Program-made: the position numbers and the translations under genes
Assembly (NCBI RefSeq): GCF_009914755.1
Contig: NC_060931.1
DNA length: 64,000 nt
From: the human T2T-CHM13v2.0 reference genome, Homo sapiens
Reading direction: 5' to 3' (one strand)
In this document: piece by piece, positions 60,792 through 64,000 of the stretch
Layout of the letters: the number at the start of each line of letters is the position of its first letter
Position numbering within the stretch: the stretch's first letter is position 1
Notes under the pieces: generated by a model
The model's database searches: none
Seen by the model: only the letters and a program-made list of their open reading frames with translations
What the model was told of the DNA's origin: nothing

Positions 60792-61578
60792 GTAAATACA
60801 TTAATTTTAAGGTGTTGTTATCAACTGTCATTTATTCAGGAGCTACATGCTTGCTTGACCATATCTTTACTTAATGCTCTGTTTATTGTGTGTCATGTCT
60901 TTGCCTATTATCTTTACCAGGAGTGGGACCTTAGTTCTAATTGGAGTAATATACTACTCTTGTAGTTAACACTGTTAAAATATTAATCAAAAGGGGGAGG
61001 TATATAAGCAATTTCTAATTTTATAATTTTGGGCAATTTGAATTTCCTTTATTACTATAATCCATGTCTCTGATGCCAGTTAGTATTACTATACTGTACT
61101 TAGGAATGCAGAATCACATTTGGAACTTGAAAATTTGCACTTTTGCATAGTTGGGATTCTAGAGAGTTAGTCAAGTCAGTTGTCATACTATAAATTCACC
61201 ATAGAACAACCATATCAATACAAACCAGTCAGAATGATCGATGGTAGCTAAAAAGTATCTTGAATTAATTAATGTATGTCCTCACTTTTTTAGATGCTAA
61301 AATTGCTGAGAGAAGCGAGGCTCCTCGCCTCTGTCTGACCCCAAAACATAAGTTTGTCTGGGGTCACAGAGGTCAGCTGTATGCTGTTACTATAGTTTTC
61401 TGGCTTAGGTAGAAAAGGATAACAAATTTCTAAAATTGTCACATTAAATAGGATGTGGGGAGCATGTTACAGTGTATCTTTTGTCCCTGTGGTATTTATT
61501 ATTCCACATTTCTGGAAAAGAAACCGTTAAACAGCAGTTTCTAGTTTATATTATGTTCTTTTGTATAGATTGCCGTTA

Positions 61579-61582
<4 letters not shown>

Positions 61583-61616
<34 letters not shown>
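61583..61616 (+). repeat. (TG)17 microsatellite ending 45 nt upstream of exon 10
   Basis: Read directly. Confidence 0.97.
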
Positions 61617-61619
<3 letters not shown>

Positions 61620-61660
61620 GTCCGTAAGTCCAGATACTAAAGCTCAGTTTATGATTTTAG

Positions 61661-61918
<258 letters not shown>

Positions 61919-62000
61919 TAAAGCAGTTTTATATTGTGAATTTTTAGTTAAACTGAAAACAAGCAAGTTTATTTAATCTCAACATTTACTCTGATTTTAG

Positions 62001-62165
<165 letters not shown>

Positions 62166-63199
62166 TAGGTAAATATTGAACTTTTGGCTGTTTTACCTAG
62201 ATGTTGTGATTATATGTACTTTTTTTCCTACATGATCATTTCAGTATTTAAAGCTGTAGTGTGGTTGAACAGTGACTGATGATAATTTTTGAACTACGAT
62301 AAACTAAAACAACATAAAAAAATGCAAAGATATATTCCGGTCTCTTGCTCATGTCTGTCTTGCTGAAAATCCTAAAACAATCTACTTCAAAGATTAACCA
62401 ACAGCAATATAGGTTGGATATAGAAGGATATCAGTCAGGAATTCTGATTGATTGAGATTACAAGGAACCCTTTCCATCTGGGACTCATGATAATTCCTCA
62501 TAACGTAATAGCCGGAATGGAGAAAGACCATGGTAACCATAGGAGAAACCCCTTCCTCTTTATTAGACAGTGTTAGATTGGGTCCTACATTATTGCCACC
62601 ACTTTCAACACCCACTTTGTTGGTATTGGAATGGTATTGGAGGTCTCTTCTTTGGTTTGAGATTTGTATGCAGAATTAATATGACCCTTTGATAGGCGTT
62701 GCTTCCCTGTAGTCTAGAAGTATGTTCATATCTGTAGGAGAACATTCCTAGTCTGTGTCCTACAATTATCAAAAACATTTATTGTTTATAACTTGAATAT
62801 TTACTTAAGATATGAAAGATACACAGCAATTTCTCCCTATTATGTAGCAGATTTGATCTGAAACGGTATAAGACAGATACTTTTAAATGCACCAGGAAAT
62901 GTGAACTCTAAAGACATCAAATTAATCTTGTGAATGCAGTAGTCACTCTCTTTTTATCTTTCTTTGTAAATTGGAATTTCTACCTTCCATTAATTGCCTT
63001 TGATTTAGGTGAGGTTATGGGGCAGGTAAAAATCTCATTAGCATAAACTAGCATAAGATAAGAGTGAATTGTGGAGTCAGACTGCCTATATTCAAATCTT
63101 GGCTTCACTATGTCTTTTAGAAGTTTCTTAGACTCTGTGTTCTTAAGTTTCTTCATCACTTTGCCTCTGAAGAGTAACAGATTATTGTCCTAAAATGTT

Positions 63200-64000
<801 letters not shown>

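Noticed and set aside
62394-62615. 73-aa minus-strand ORF in intron 11
   Set aside because: GTG start, an upstream in-frame stop, no homology I recognise and no poly(A) or TSD. The block is better explained by sense-strand splice signals.

Overview
Human genomic DNA containing the 5' part of KMT2E (MLL5) on the + strand. A near-consensus AluYa5 supports a human origin. The window starts in intron 1, and exon 1 with its CpG island lies upstream, outside it. It holds a 74-nt non-coding exon 2 (22835-22908), exon 3 with the start codon (ATG 25662) and coding exons 4-12. These splice with GT-AG boundaries into one open frame of 1248 nt (416 codons): the HCF-1-binding DHNY motif, the PHD finger, a basic NLS-like region and most of the degenerate SET domain. 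Exon numbering follows my recollection of the 27-exon transcript. The introns carry about 50 Alus plus L1M, L2, MIR, MaLR/ERVL LTR and Tigger/MER/MADE1 elements, and nearly all ORFs in the supplied track are Alu or low-complexity artefacts. The most interesting signal is a possible layered post-transcriptional dosage-control system on a haploinsufficient gene. Its parts are a six-uAUG leader with a junction-created uORF and a uORF whose stop overlaps the main ATG, candidate uORF-bearing microexons in proximal intron 1, three candidate PTC-containing poison exons (introns 5, 9, 11), a +4 tandem donor at exon 7 and a (TG)17/GTAAGT module before exon 10. All of these are inferences from sequence and need RNA-seq, ribosome-profiling and conservation checks.
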